A stretch of 64,000 bases of DNA, taken from positions 160,001-224,000 of the forward strand of contig CAWFFN010000009.1 in the NCBI GenBank assembly GCA_963815115.1, in the 5' to 3' direction. The notes under the pieces are model-generated. The model saw nothing but the letters and a program-made list of their open reading frames with translations, made no database searches and was not told the DNA's origin. How positions within the stretch are numbered: the first letter of the stretch is position 1; each line of letters begins with the position of its first letter. The position numbers and the translations under genes were made by a program. The stretch comes from an uncultured delta proteobacterium (GTDB lineage Bacteria; Desulfobacterota; Binatia; DP-6). Of the stretch, positions 28,763-38,803 are shown one piece after another.

Positions 28763-29772
28763 GCACTGCCGCCGCCAGTTGCGCTACGGTCGGCGGCCTC
28801 GAGTGCCTCCACGACGCGCAGCGAGCGCGCGCCGCTGGTGAGAGGCTCGGCTCCGGCCCTGACGCACTCGACGAAGTGCTCCGCCGCCAGCGCCAGGGGT
28901 TCGCTCGCCGCGGGTAGCTCGAGCGCGCGGCCGGCGAATCCGGAGATGGGCACGATCGGGGCCAGCGCGCGTTCGGATGTGGGGCTCAGATCGAGCGCGA
29001 AGTCGTAGAGCGTGAGCCCCCGTTTCTCGAACCGGCCCTCGTACGCCAGCATGCGCTCGCGCCCGACGACGATCACCTTGGCCGTCTTCTCGGGATGGAG
29101 CCAGCTGAGATGGATGTGGGCCGAAACACCCCCGGCGAGCTCGACGTCGCACAGCGCCACGTCGGCGATCCCCGGCTGAAGGTGCGCATGACGGTGCAGG
29201 CGGATCGCCGTCACGGGGCGCGGCACGAGGTAGAAGAGGATCGAGAGGTCGTGCGGCGCGGAGTTCCACCACACGTCCGAGTCGCGGCGGATGCGACCCA
29301 TGCCGAGCCGCTCGAACGTGAGGTGGAGGACGGACCCGAGGGCGTCGGCCTCCACCAGACGCTTCATCTCGCGCACCAGCGGGTCGTAGAGAAAGGTCTC
29401 GTCCACGAACAGCACGCGATCGGTCTTGCGCGCGGCGTCGACGAGCTCGCGCCCGTGGGCGGCCGACAGGGCGAGCGGCTTCTCCACCCAGACGTGCTTG
29501 CCGGCGCGGAGCGCCGCCAGCGCCATGGCGTGATGCCGTGACGGTGGCGTGGCGATCACGATCGCGTCGATCTCGGGACGCCGGACCAGCGACGCGAAGT
29601 CGTCGCTGCACTCGAGGTGCGGATGATCGGCGCGTGCCGCGGCGAGACGTTCAGGATCGAGATCGCACAGGCTCGAAAGCCGCGCGCTGGGGAGACGGCT
29701 GAACGTCCGCAGGAGGTTCTTCCCCCAGTATCCCGCTCCGGCGATGGCGATGTTCGGAGCTCGTGCCTCCAT
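28759..29772 (-). CDS. Gfo/Idh/MocA-family NAD-dependent (sugar) oxidoreductase
   Basis: GAGYWGKNL, IATPP, GKHVWVEKP, APHDLS, SWLHPEK. Confidence 0.9.
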   Translation of the reverse strand: MEARAPNIAIAGAGYWGKNLLRTFSRLPSARLSSLCDLDPERLAAARADHPHLECSDDFASLVRRPEIDAIVIATPPSRHHAMALAALRAGKHVWVEKPLALSAAHGRELVDAARKTDRVLFVDETFLYDPLVREMKRLVEADALGSVLHLTFERLGMGRIRRDSDVWWNSAPHDLSILFYLVPRPVTAIRLHRHAHLQPGIADVALCDVELAGGVSAHIHLSWLHPEKTAKVIVVGRERMLAYEGRFEKRGLTLYDFALDLSPTSERALAPIVPISGFAGRALELPAASEPLALAAEHFVECVRAGAEPLTSGARSLRVVEALEAADRSATGGGSA

Positions 29773-30679
29773 GAAGCATCCTCCTCACGCGGAACACGCC
29801 GTGCTCGCGGGCCTCCAGGAAGCGAACGACGTCGTGGCGGATCGCGAGCGCGATCGCACCGGCGAGCGCCAGGACGAGCCCCGCGACCAGTGACGCGCGC
29901 GCCAGCGCCACGAGGGCGAGCACCCCGAGCACGGCGGCGGCGGCCGCGCAGACGCGGGCCACGTCGCGACCGGGCGGCGGCCGGCGCACGAGCACGGGGA
30001 GCGCGACGAGGTCACGGAACACGACGGCGACGCGGGAGAGCCCGTAGTGCGAGCGTCCCGAGACCCGCGGCCGGTCGCGCGTCTCGATCTCCGCGACGCG
30101 CGTGCCTCGCACGCCGAGGATGGCCGGCAGGAACCGGTTCATGCCGCGCGGCAGCTGGACCCCGGCGACCACGGCACGGCGATAGGCCTTCAGCCCGCAG
30201 CCGCAATCGTAGACCGGCACGCCGGTGGCGAGCACGATCAGGCGATTGGCGACCCAGGAGGGCAGCACGCGGCTCAAGAAGGCCTCCTCGCGCGCCCGCC
30301 GGCGACCGCTGACCACGTCGTACCCCTCGGAGAGCTTCGCGAGCAGCTTCGGGATGTCGGCGGGATCGTTCTGACCGTCGCCGTCGAGCGTGACCACGAC
30401 GTCGCCACGCGCCGCCTCGAAGCCGGCCGACAGCGCGGACGCCTCCCCGAAGTTGCCGTCCAGATCGACCACCCGCAGGTCGGGATCGCGAGCCAGGATC
30501 GTCTCGAGTCGCGCCAGCGTTCCGTCCCGGCTGCCGTCGTTGATGAAGACGAGCTCGTAGGGCAGATCGATTCCCGCCGCCACGCGTGTCAGCTCCTGGT
30601 GGAGCTGTCCGACGTTGCCCTCCTCGTCGTACACCGGCACGACGATCGAGAGTGCCGGCCGGCGGACGGCCGCCCGCAT
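29651..30679 (-). CDS. GT2 polyprenol-phosphate glycosyltransferase (ArnC/DPM1-like)
   Basis: SIVVPVYDE, NDGSRD, LDGDGQNDP, DCGCGLKAY, RFLP, C-terminal TM pair. The tail overlaps the next gene by 122 nt. Confidence 0.87.
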   Translation of the reverse strand: MRAAVRRPALSIVVPVYDEEGNVGQLHQELTRVAAGIDLPYELVFINDGSRDGTLARLETILARDPDLRVVDLDGNFGEASALSAGFEAARGDVVVTLDGDGQNDPADIPKLLAKLSEGYDVVSGRRRAREEAFLSRVLPSWVANRLIVLATGVPVYDCGCGLKAYRRAVVAGVQLPRGMNRFLPAILGVRGTRVAEIETRDRPRVSGRSHYGLSRVAVVFRDLVALPVLVRRPPPGRDVARVCAAAAAVLGVLALVALARASLVAGLVLALAGAIALAIRHDVVRFLEAREHGVFRVRRMLHGGTSSEHRHRRSGILGEEPPADVQPSPQRAAFEPVRSRS

Positions 30680-31818
30680 CAGGCGAAGAAGCGCACGACG
30701 CTCTCCGCGACGTACTCCACCTCGCCGTCGGTGAGGTCGGGGTGGACGGGCAGCGAGAGCATCTCGCGCGCAGCCAGCTCGGCACGTGGCAGATTGGGTC
30801 CTTCGCCGAACGCGTCGCGCCAGGCCGGTTGCCGGTGAATGGGGGCCGGGTAGTGGATGCCGGTCTCGATCTCCAGCGCGCCGAGGCGCTCGCGCAACGC
30901 ATCCCGTTCCGCCGTGCGGATCACGTACTGGTGGAAGACGTGCGTCCGGCGCGGATCAGCGGGCGGAGGCTCCACCAGCTCTCCGAATCGCTCCGTGTAG
31001 TAGGCCGCGATCGCGGCGCGACGCGCGTTGCGCACGTCGAGCGTGCGCAGCTTCACACGCAGCATGGCCGCGTGCAGCTCGTCGAGCCGGCTGTTGCCGC
31101 CGTAGAAGGCGTGCTCGTTCTTCTTGACCTGACCGTGGGCGCCGAGGTGCTTCACGCGAGCGGCGATCTCCTGCCGGTTGGTGCTCACGATGCCCGCGTC
31201 GCCGTAGGCGGCGAGGTTCTTCACCACGCCGAGGCTGAATGCGCCGGCGGCCCCGAAGGTACCGACGCGCTGTCCGTCGAGCGTCGCGCCGTGCGCGTGC
31301 GAGCAGTCCTCGGCGACGATCAGCCCGCGCTCGTTCGCGAGCGACAGCAGCGGCTGCATGTCGACCGGGAAGCCGTGGAGATGCACGACGAGGATGGCGC
31401 GCGTCCGCGGACCGATGCGCGATTCGAGATCGTCGAGATCGGGGCCGAGATCCTGGTGCTGGATATCCACCGGGACCGGTCGGGCGCCCAGGTCGACCAG
31501 CGCTTCCACCGCGGCCATGAACGCGTTGGCCTGGATCAGCACCTCGTCGCCGGCGCCGACGCCGGCAGCGCGCATCCCGAGACGGAGCGCGTCGGTACCT
31601 GAGGCCACGCCCGTGGCATGGGCGGCGCCGAGGAACGCGGCCATCTCGGCTTCGAACGCGCGGACCTCCTCGCCACCGAGCAGCTGCATGCGGTCGAGGA
31701 CGCGCTCGCATGCCGCCAGGAGCTCGCTGCGGATCGTGTGGTACTCGCGGCCGAGGTCGAGCAACCGAACCCGCGTCGCCGGCGCTCGTCGCGGCGCCAC
31801 CCCCACCATCCGATGCAT
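30679..31818 (-). CDS. DegT/DnrJ/EryC1/StrS sugar aminotransferase
   Basis: ASGTDAL, EDCSHAHGA, KNLAAYGDAG, NSRLDELHAA, HYPAP, LSLP. Exact start uncertain. Confidence 0.9.
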   Translation of the reverse strand: MHRMVGVAPRRAPATRVRLLDLGREYHTIRSELLAACERVLDRMQLLGGEEVRAFEAEMAAFLGAAHATGVASGTDALRLGMRAAGVGAGDEVLIQANAFMAAVEALVDLGARPVPVDIQHQDLGPDLDDLESRIGPRTRAILVVHLHGFPVDMQPLLSLANERGLIVAEDCSHAHGATLDGQRVGTFGAAGAFSLGVVKNLAAYGDAGIVSTNRQEIAARVKHLGAHGQVKKNEHAFYGGNSRLDELHAAMLRVKLRTLDVRNARRAAIAAYYTERFGELVEPPPADPRRTHVFHQYVIRTAERDALRERLGALEIETGIHYPAPIHRQPAWRDAFGEGPNLPRAELAAREMLSLPVHPDLTDGEVEYVAESVVRFFA

Positions 31819-31931
31819 CGCGAGAGCCGTCCGCGAACTTTAGCGGGCGTCACCAAGACGCGCAAGGCCGCGCGTTGACTTTTCCACGGCGATCACCAAA
31901 GGCTCGCCCTGTGCTGGAGCGGGGGCAGGCC

Positions 31932-33647
31932 GTGCCGCGAGCGGCGGCTCGCTGGGGACCGGCGTTGCTCGTGGCGCTTCTCTTCGGGGTGCTCGTGTCG
32001 ATTCACCTCGAGCGTCCCGGCTTCTTCGACAACGAGGGCCGATATGCCGAGGTGGCGCGGGAGATGCTCCTGCGTCGCGATCTCGTCACGCCCACGCTGA
32101 ACTTCTCGCTCTTCCTGAACAAGCCGCCGCTGCTCTACTGGCTCGCCGCCGGCGCCTTCTCGCTCGGCGCGGTCGACGAGTGGGCGCGTCTGGTGGCCGT
32201 GCTCGCCGCGGCGCTGTCGATCGTTCTCACGTGTCGGCTCGGTGCGCGCCTGTTCGGCGAACGCACCGGCCTGCTCGCCGCCGGGTTTCTCGCCACCACG
32301 CTGGGCTTCGCGCTCGAAGCGCGCACGCTGCGGCCCGACGGCGTGCTCATTGCCTCGGTGGTGGGCGCGCTGGGCGGCTGGCAGGCCGCCGAGGACGCTC
32401 CCGAGCGACGCCGCACCTGGTGGCTCGCGCTCGGCTACCTCGCCCTCGCGCTCGGGGTGCTCGCGAAGGGCCTCGTTCCCATGGCGCTGGCGGGCGTCCC
32501 GGTCGTCGTCTGCACGCTGCGCGACCACGGATGGAGCGGGCTCCGCCGGCTTCGCCCGCTCCTCGGGCTCGGGATACTCCTGCTGGTCGCCGGGCCGTGG
32601 CACGTGGCCATCGCCCTCGAGCACCCCGGCTTCGCCTGGGACTACCTCGTCAACCAGCACCTGCTGTTCTTCCTGGACAAGAAGCTTCCACGCGACTCCG
32701 TGGGTGATTCGCTGACGGTCTTCTGGGGGATGTTCATCGGCCGCTCGCTTCCCTGGATCGTGCTGCTGCCCTTCACCGTGCGCGAGGCATTCCGCGGGCT
32801 GCGCCGTGGCGCGGACCCGGTGGCGCGCTCGAGCGCCCTCTGCTGGACGTGGGTGGCGGCGGTGATGGTGCCGTTCTCGCTCGCGCCGTCGCGTCTCGAG
32901 CACTACTCGCTGCCGGCGCTCCCCGCGGTCGGGTTGCTCGCGGCGCGCGGCTGGCAGCGGCTGCGCGCGGGAGAGCTCGGCCGCGCGGCGTGGCTCTGGC
33001 TCGGAACGGTCGCGGCCGGGGTGCTCGTGACGAGCGCGTTCGGGGCGGGGTGGGGCCGCGACATACTCGCGGGCGTCTACTGGATCGACCAGGCCCATGG
33101 CTTGATGTCGCTCGTGCTGCCGGCCGCGTTCGTGCTGGGCGTGGGTGGTCTCGCGCTCGCGCTCAGTGTCCATGCAAGGAAGCCGCGCGCGCTGGTTGCC
33201 GCGATCGCCGGCATGACGATACCGATGCTGGCCATCGTGCAGCTCGCGCAGGCGGAGGTGGAGCCCTTCTTCTCCTGGAAGCCGCTGGCGAAGTCCGTCC
33301 TCGCCCGGCTGCCCGATTCGGTCGACGTCGTCCTCGAAGCGCCGGTGGAATATCAGCTGGTGGGGGGGCTCGCCTTCTATACCAAGCGCCGGATCACGCT
33401 GCTCGAGCCGGTGGACTTCACGCCGCCGACGTATCTCGAGCGGCTGCGGGACGGGCTCTTCGTCTCCCGGCCGGAGTTCGCGCGCCGCTGGACGGCGGCG
33501 CAGCCGCTTGCCTTCATCTCGGATCCGCAACGCCGGCGGCCGACTCCCGCCGGTCTCGTCCCCGGGCCGTTCCACATCGTCGATCGTGTCGGTGACCGAT
33601 GGCTGCTGACCAACCATCCCGTGGGCGGCGAGCAGTCGGCGAGCTGA
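31932..33647 (+). CDS. ArnT-like GT-C glycosyltransferase
   Basis: NEGRYAEVAREML, KPPLLYWL, LAKG, HYSLPALP; many TM helices. Start GTG 31932 or 31911. Confidence 0.87.
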   Translation: MPRAAARWGPALLVALLFGVLVSIHLERPGFFDNEGRYAEVAREMLLRRDLVTPTLNFSLFLNKPPLLYWLAAGAFSLGAVDEWARLVAVLAAALSIVLTCRLGARLFGERTGLLAAGFLATTLGFALEARTLRPDGVLIASVVGALGGWQAAEDAPERRRTWWLALGYLALALGVLAKGLVPMALAGVPVVVCTLRDHGWSGLRRLRPLLGLGILLLVAGPWHVAIALEHPGFAWDYLVNQHLLFFLDKKLPRDSVGDSLTVFWGMFIGRSLPWIVLLPFTVREAFRGLRRGADPVARSSALCWTWVAAVMVPFSLAPSRLEHYSLPALPAVGLLAARGWQRLRAGELGRAAWLWLGTVAAGVLVTSAFGAGWGRDILAGVYWIDQAHGLMSLVLPAAFVLGVGGLALALSVHARKPRALVAAIAGMTIPMLAIVQLAQAEVEPFFSWKPLAKSVLARLPDSVDVVLEAPVEYQLVGGLAFYTKRRITLLEPVDFTPPTYLERLRDGLFVSRPEFARRWTAAQPLAFISDPQRRRPTPAGLVPGPFHIVDRVGDRWLLTNHPVGGEQSAS

Positions 33648-34846
33648 TCGCGCTCGCGCTCGCAGTCGTGCTCGGCGGCGCCTCGGCTGCGCGAGGCGAT
33701 ATGAGCTTCGTCCCGGTGCCGGAGATCATCCTCGATCCCAACGAGGGCAACACGTACGGCCTGATGGGCGTCTTCATGTTTCTCGACGAGAACAGCGAGA
33801 TCCAGTACATGCTCGCGCCCGACGTCCGCTACAACGCGACCAAGGGCGTGTTCCCGGTGTTCCGTCTCTTCGGCTACCCGACCTCCACGCGGCGCTACCA
33901 GCTCGTCATCGGCCAGTCGACGACGAAGGACAACGACTACGAGGCCGAGTACTACGATCGCGGCCTGATGGACGGGCACGCCTTCCTGCGTGCCAAGGCC
34001 CTGTACGAGAACGATTCGACCGATCGCTTCTTCGGCTTCGGCAACACCTCGCGGGAGTCGGACGAGGCGAACTACACCGGCAGGACGATCGACGCCTGGG
34101 TCGAGCCGGGCTACTGGCTCGTTCCGAAGATCTACGTCTCCTACCGGATGCGCATCAACCGCTTCAGCGTCTCGCGCGGCCAGGTGAACGGTCTGCCCTT
34201 CCTCACCGCGCCGCGCCTGCTGCGCAATCCCCAGACCAACACGGTCGACCGTGGTCTGCAGCCGGGGCACTACTTCTCGAACCGGCTCGAGTTCGGCTAT
34301 GACACGCGCGACTCGATCGACCTGCCGACGCAGGGTGCCCTGTCGCGCATCTACGTCGACATGGCGGACCGGGCGCTGGGAAGCTCGACGTCGTACACCA
34401 AGTTCGGTTTCGACGCGCGCGGCTACGTGCCGCTGCGCGGCGAGAAGAAGAATCCGATCCTGGCGCTGCGTGCGGGGGCCGACTACGTGACCGGACCGAG
34501 CGACACGCCGTTCTGGGAGCGCAGCTCGGTCGGCGGGCGGCGCACCCTGCGGGGCTACAACGGGGATCGCTTCATCGGCTTCAACCGCAGCATCGGGTCG
34601 GTGGAGCTGCGCACCAACGTGTACCAGCGCCGGCTCTTCGGCGTGAAGACGGAGCTCGAGCTCGCGCCCTTCGTCGACGCCGGCCAGGTGTTCAAGGGCG
34701 TGCGCACCAACCCGGTCGGCGACCTGCACTGGGACTACGGACTCGGCTTCCGCGGCATCGTGCGCCCCCAGATCCTGGCCTTCGTCGACGTGGGCCAGGG
34801 CTCCGAGGGCTTCAAGGTGTTCACCGGGATCGACTACCCGTTTTGA
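33599..34846 (+). CDS. Omp85/BamA-like beta-barrel, apparently lacking POTRA domains
   Basis: Signal peptide, YDTRD..PTQG, GGRRTLRGY..DRF, VELR, FVDAG, YGLGFR, C-terminal YPF. Confidence 0.82.
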   Translation: MAADQPSRGRRAVGELIALALAVVLGGASAARGDMSFVPVPEIILDPNEGNTYGLMGVFMFLDENSEIQYMLAPDVRYNATKGVFPVFRLFGYPTSTRRYQLVIGQSTTKDNDYEAEYYDRGLMDGHAFLRAKALYENDSTDRFFGFGNTSRESDEANYTGRTIDAWVEPGYWLVPKIYVSYRMRINRFSVSRGQVNGLPFLTAPRLLRNPQTNTVDRGLQPGHYFSNRLEFGYDTRDSIDLPTQGALSRIYVDMADRALGSSTSYTKFGFDARGYVPLRGEKKNPILALRAGADYVTGPSDTPFWERSSVGGRRTLRGYNGDRFIGFNRSIGSVELRTNVYQRRLFGVKTELELAPFVDAGQVFKGVRTNPVGDLHWDYGLGFRGIVRPQILAFVDVGQGSEGFKVFTGIDYPF

Positions 34847-36518
34847 CCGGCGAGTCCTGGAGGCGCACGCCCTCGGGCACGAGCAGAAGGTCGAGCGTAC
34901 CGCGGCGGGGCTCCTGCGCCTCGCTCACGGCGATCGGCTCGAGCGGGTGCCCGTTCCCGTCGTGCCACCGCCGCCGCTCGTCCTCCCAGAAGAGGAGGTA
35001 GGCGGGCCCCTGCACGCCGGCCTTCCAGGGCAGCAGTGGACGGGGGGCGTAGAAGCGAAGGCCGGGATCGGTCGGCAAGGCGACGTGCAGCGAGGCGTCC
35101 GGCGGCACGATCTGGTCGACGCGATCCATGAACGGGGCGAGGCTCGCGGCACGGCCCAGGGTGGCGTGCAGGAAGCCGCCGAAGACCACCTGCCAGGCGC
35201 AGGTCACGGCGGCCAGCACCAGAGTCACGCGCCGCCAGTCCGCGCGCCGGCGGGCGCGGGCGACCAGCACGGCGGCGACGAGCGCGACGACTCCCAGCCC
35301 GAGTAGCTCGGGTGCCGCGGCCCGCGCGGCGGCGACGACGGCGACGGTGTTCTGGGCGTCGCGCGGCTTGAGGAGATGGCGCAGCACGGCGACCACGTCG
35401 ACGCCCGAGGCGAGCGCGCCGGCGGCGAGCCCGAGTACCACCAGCGCCGGGGCATAGATGGCCGAGGTCACGCGCAGGAGGTGCGCGAGGCGTCCTGCCG
35501 GTGGCTGCTGCACGCCCAGCGCGAGCAGGACGGCGAGCGCCGGGAAGAGAGGAAGCAGATAGACGCTGCGCTTGGCGGCGGCGATCGAGAAGAACACCAG
35601 CACCACCGCCACCCAGGCCGCGAGCAGCACCACGGCGGGGTTCCGTCGCCGCGCGTCCGCCAGCGGCGCGCCGGCGAGGGGCAGCAGCAACGTCCACGGC
35701 AGCAGTCCGATCATCCCGACCAGCGGCAGGTAGCCGATGCCGTGGGCGTGGCCGGTGCCCGCGTCGGCGGTATCGACGAAGCGTAGCAGGTTCTCCTGCA
35801 CGACGACGTGCAGGAAGGCGCCGCCTTCGCGCGCGAACGCGACGCCATACCACAGCGCCGCCGCGGCACCGCCGGCGACGAGCACCGGCAGCGTCCCGAG
35901 CCGGCGCAGGAAGGACAGGTCGCGCCGAACGGCGATCAGCGTCCCCACGGCGAGCGCGGGCAGGATGACCGCGACGGGGCCCTTCGAGAGCGTGGCGACG
36001 GCCACCCCCGCGGTCGCGATCACCAGGAGCGCGGCACGCGAGCGCCGCTCGTCCGCGAGCGCCACCAGCCACGCGCCCAGGACGACGGTGAGCCCCGCCG
36101 CGAGGGCCATGTCGACGCGCGCGACGGTCGCCGCTCGCGTCCACTCGAAGGTCGTGGCGAGGATCAGTGCCGCGAGCAGCGCAACCTCGCCGCCGAAGCT
36201 CGCCCGCACGGCCGCCCAGGTGGCCAGCACCCCGACCGTGCCGAGGATGGCGGACGGCAGCCGCGCCGCCAATTCCGGTCGATCGGGGAACAGCGCCAGG
36301 GCGCTGGCAGCGATCCAGTAGTAGAGCGGGGGCTTGCGCGCGAGCTCACCTTCCGGCCGGCTCGGCACGAGCCACTCGCCGGTGTGCACCATCTCGCGGG
36401 CGACCAGGGCCTCGCGCGGCTCGCCGCGCGTGTAGAATGGCACGGCGCCGAGGCCCGTGAAGAAGAGCACCAGGCAGACGCCGGCGACGATCAGTGGCGC
36501 TCTCACGGGCGCTCTCAC
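34821..36518 (-). CDS. Second ArnT-like GT-C glycosyltransferase
   Basis: GEPREALVAREM, KPPLYYW, RLPSA, ARVDM, LSKGP, KRSVYLLP. Confidence 0.87.
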   Translation of the reverse strand: MRAPVRAPLIVAGVCLVLFFTGLGAVPFYTRGEPREALVAREMVHTGEWLVPSRPEGELARKPPLYYWIAASALALFPDRPELAARLPSAILGTVGVLATWAAVRASFGGEVALLAALILATTFEWTRAATVARVDMALAAGLTVVLGAWLVALADERRSRAALLVIATAGVAVATLSKGPVAVILPALAVGTLIAVRRDLSFLRRLGTLPVLVAGGAAAALWYGVAFAREGGAFLHVVVQENLLRFVDTADAGTGHAHGIGYLPLVGMIGLLPWTLLLPLAGAPLADARRRNPAVVLLAAWVAVVLVFFSIAAAKRSVYLLPLFPALAVLLALGVQQPPAGRLAHLLRVTSAIYAPALVVLGLAAGALASGVDVVAVLRHLLKPRDAQNTVAVVAAARAAAPELLGLGVVALVAAVLVARARRRADWRRVTLVLAAVTCAWQVVFGGFLHATLGRAASLAPFMDRVDQIVPPDASLHVALPTDPGLRFYAPRPLLPWKAGVQGPAYLLFWEDERRRWHDGNGHPLEPIAVSEAQEPRRGTLDLLLVPEGVRLQDSPVKTGSRSR

Positions 36519-36589
36519 GGCGCCGGCGCCCGCGCGGTCCGCGGGCGATCCTTGTCACTCGGGGGCGCGGCTGTTAGCGTCCCGCGCAC

Positions 36590-37249
36590 ATGGCCGAGCC
36601 GGTCGCCGAGCACTACGACGCGCGCTGGGGCTATCGCAAGCTCGACGCCGAACGCTACGAGCGCCGTCGCTACGGCTCGCTCGGGCGGCGCCTGAACCTC
36701 CGCCTGCTCGAGCGCGCGCTCGCCCGGGCGCTGGCCCGGGTTCCGGCCGGTGGCCTCGTGCTCGATGCGCCCTGCGGCACGGGCATCCTCTCCACCTTCC
36801 TGCGCCGGCGGGGCTACCGGGTCATCGGCGCCGACATCTCGCCGGCGATGCTCGCGGTCGCCCATCGGCGCGCCGACGCGCTGGGGCACGTACGCGCCGA
36901 CCTCGAGCAGGCGCCGTGCCGGCCCCGCAGCGTCGACGCCGTGCTCACCAGCCGCTTCATGATGCATCTGCCGTCCGACACTCGCGTCCGCGTGCTGCGC
37001 GTGCTGGGCGAGCTGGCGCGCGGACCGGTGGTGGCGACGGTCTGCCATCCCTACACGTACAAGAGCTTCCAGCGTGCCCTGCGGCGCGCGCTCGGCGGCA
37101 GTGCGAAGCGCAGCCCGCGGCTGACGCGACGCGAGCTCGAAGACGAGGCCGCCCGCGCCGGGATGCGCATCGAGCGTGTCATCCCGGTGCTCCCGGTACT
37201 GTCCGAGGTATGGGTCGTGGTCCTGAGCACTCTGCCGAGGCCTACCTAG
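36590..37249 (+). CDS. Class I SAM-dependent methyltransferase
   Basis: VLDAPCGTG motif I, GADISPAML, RFMMHL. Confidence 0.85.
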   Translation: MAEPVAEHYDARWGYRKLDAERYERRRYGSLGRRLNLRLLERALARALARVPAGGLVLDAPCGTGILSTFLRRRGYRVIGADISPAMLAVAHRRADALGHVRADLEQAPCRPRSVDAVLTSRFMMHLPSDTRVRVLRVLGELARGPVVATVCHPYTYKSFQRALRRALGGSAKRSPRLTRRELEDEAARAGMRIERVIPVLPVLSEVWVVVLSTLPRPT

Positions 37250-37270
37250 ACCCGGGGGGAGGAGAGGGCA

Positions 37271-38590
37271 ATGGCGAAGATCGAGCGCGTGCATGCCCGT
37301 GAGATCCTCGATTCGCGGGGCTTCCCGACCGTGCAGGGGGTGGTGACGCTGGCGGGCGGCGCGACGGCATCGGCAGCGGTTCCCTCGGGGGCGTCCACGG
37401 GAGAGCGCGAGGCAGTCGAGCTGCGTGACGGCGACGCGAGACGCTACGCCGGCAAGGGCGTGCGCAAGGCCGTGGACAACGTGAACCGCGTGATCGCGCC
37501 GGCGCTGGCGGGGCTGGAGGCGGATCAGAATCTCGTCGACGCCAAGCTGCTCGCGCTCGACGGCACCGACAGCAAGGGCAAGCTCGGCGCCAACGCGCTG
37601 CTCGCGGTGTCGCTGGCCACCGCGCGGGCCGCGGCGGCCGCCGGTGGCGTACCGCTCTACCGTGCGCTCGGAGGCGAGTCGGCCACGCTGCTGCCGACTC
37701 CCCAGATGAACGTCATCAACGGCGGGAGGCACGCCGACAACAACCTCGACTTCCAGGAGTTCATGATCGTTCCCCACGGAGCGCCGTCCTTCCCGGAGGC
37801 GATCCGCCAGGGTGTCGAGGTCTACCACGCGCTGCGCGGCCTGCTCGGCGCGCGCTCCCTCACCACGGCGGTCGGCGACGAGGGCGGCTTCGCGCCCGCG
37901 CTCGAGAGCCACGAGCAGGCGCTCGACCTTCTCGAGGAAGCCATTCGCGCCGCCGGCCTCGAGCCCGGGCGTGACGTCTCGCTCGCGCTCGACTGCGCCG
38001 CGAGCGAGCTCGCCGACGGTGACGGATACGTCTTCGCCAAGGCCGGCGGCCCCCGCCGCTCGGCCGCGGACCTCGTGGCGCTCTACCAGCGCTGGTGCGC
38101 GAGCCACCCGATCGTGTCGATCGAGGACGGCCTCGGCGAGAACGACCGCGCGGGATGGAAGGCGCTCACCGCGGCGCTCGGCAGCCGCGTGCAGCTCGTC
38201 GGCGACGATCTCTTCTGCACCAACGAGAAGCTCCTCGCGCAGGGCATCGCCGACGGCCTCGCCAACGCGATCCTGATCAAGGTGAACCAGATCGGGACGC
38301 TGACCGAGACGCGCGCGACGATGGCGCGTGCCGCGCGCGCCGGCTACCGCAACGTCGTGTCGCACCGCTCGGGCGAGACCGAGGACGCCTTCATCGCCGA
38401 CCTCGCGGTCGCGACCGGCGCCGGGCAGATCAAGACCGGGGCGCCGGCGCGCTCCGAGCGGACCGCCAAGTACAACCGCCTGCTGGTGATCGCCGAGGAG
38501 CTGGGATCGCGGGCGAGATACGAGTCGCCCTACGGAGAACGCCCCGAGACTTCGTCTCGGGGCGAGACGGAGAGGGAGCATGGGGCTTGA
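37271..38590 (+). CDS. eno: Enolase
   Basis: [68 protein letters not shown]. Confidence 0.97.
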   Translation: MAKIERVHAREILDSRGFPTVQGVVTLAGGATASAAVPSGASTGEREAVELRDGDARRYAGKGVRKAVDNVNRVIAPALAGLEADQNLVDAKLLALDGTDSKGKLGANALLAVSLATARAAAAAGGVPLYRALGGESATLLPTPQMNVINGGRHADNNLDFQEFMIVPHGAPSFPEAIRQGVEVYHALRGLLGARSLTTAVGDEGGFAPALESHEQALDLLEEAIRAAGLEPGRDVSLALDCAASELADGDGYVFAKAGGPRRSAADLVALYQRWCASHPIVSIEDGLGENDRAGWKALTAALGSRVQLVGDDLFCTNEKLLAQGIADGLANAILIKVNQIGTLTETRATMARAARAGYRNVVSHRSGETEDAFIADLAVATGAGQIKTGAPARSERTAKYNRLLVIAEELGSRARYESPYGERPETSSRGETEREHGA

Positions 38591-38640
38591 GTGGACCGTG
38601 CGGGCGGCATGCCGCGGCCGGCGGAGCCGGCGCGGCAGAC
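38534..38640 (+). repeat. Palindromic intergenic repeat, copy 1 (REP/MITE-like)
   Basis: Hairpin CGCCCCGAGAC-TTC-GTCTCGGGGCG (38540-38564) plus TGCCGCGGCCGGCGGAGCCGGCGCGGCA (38610-38637); aligns with 48994-49113. Confidence 0.75.
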
Positions 38641-38702
38641 ATTCCAGAGTGCGAGACGGTAGCTGAACGGGATGGTTGCGGACCGACAGAAGGGTTTGGG
38701 CC

Positions 38703-38799
38703 GGAGACGCTGGGGTGCCACGTTTTGCCGCGCCGGCTTCGCCGGCCGCGGCACGGCGTTCGCCCGATCCACGGAACGCCACACGCTCGCTTCCGCTTG
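38703..38799 (-). repeat. Same repeat family, copy 2, inverted relative to copy 1
   Basis: Reverse complement CAAGCGGAAGCGAGCGTGTGGCGTTC...GCCGTGCCGCGGCCGGCGAAGCCGGCGCGGCAA..CGTGGCA closely matches 49025-49107. Confidence 0.8.
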
Positions 38800-38803
38800 A
38801 ACG

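Noticed and set aside
29651-29772. 122-nt overlap of the GT2 tail with the dehydrogenase as dual coding
   Set aside because: The tail is low-complexity read-through typical of GC-rich operons; no sign of function.
38534-38799. CRISPR array or tRNA
   Set aside because: Repeats are inverted and degenerate with no regular spacers, there are no cas genes, and no cloverleaf/TTCGA arm is present.
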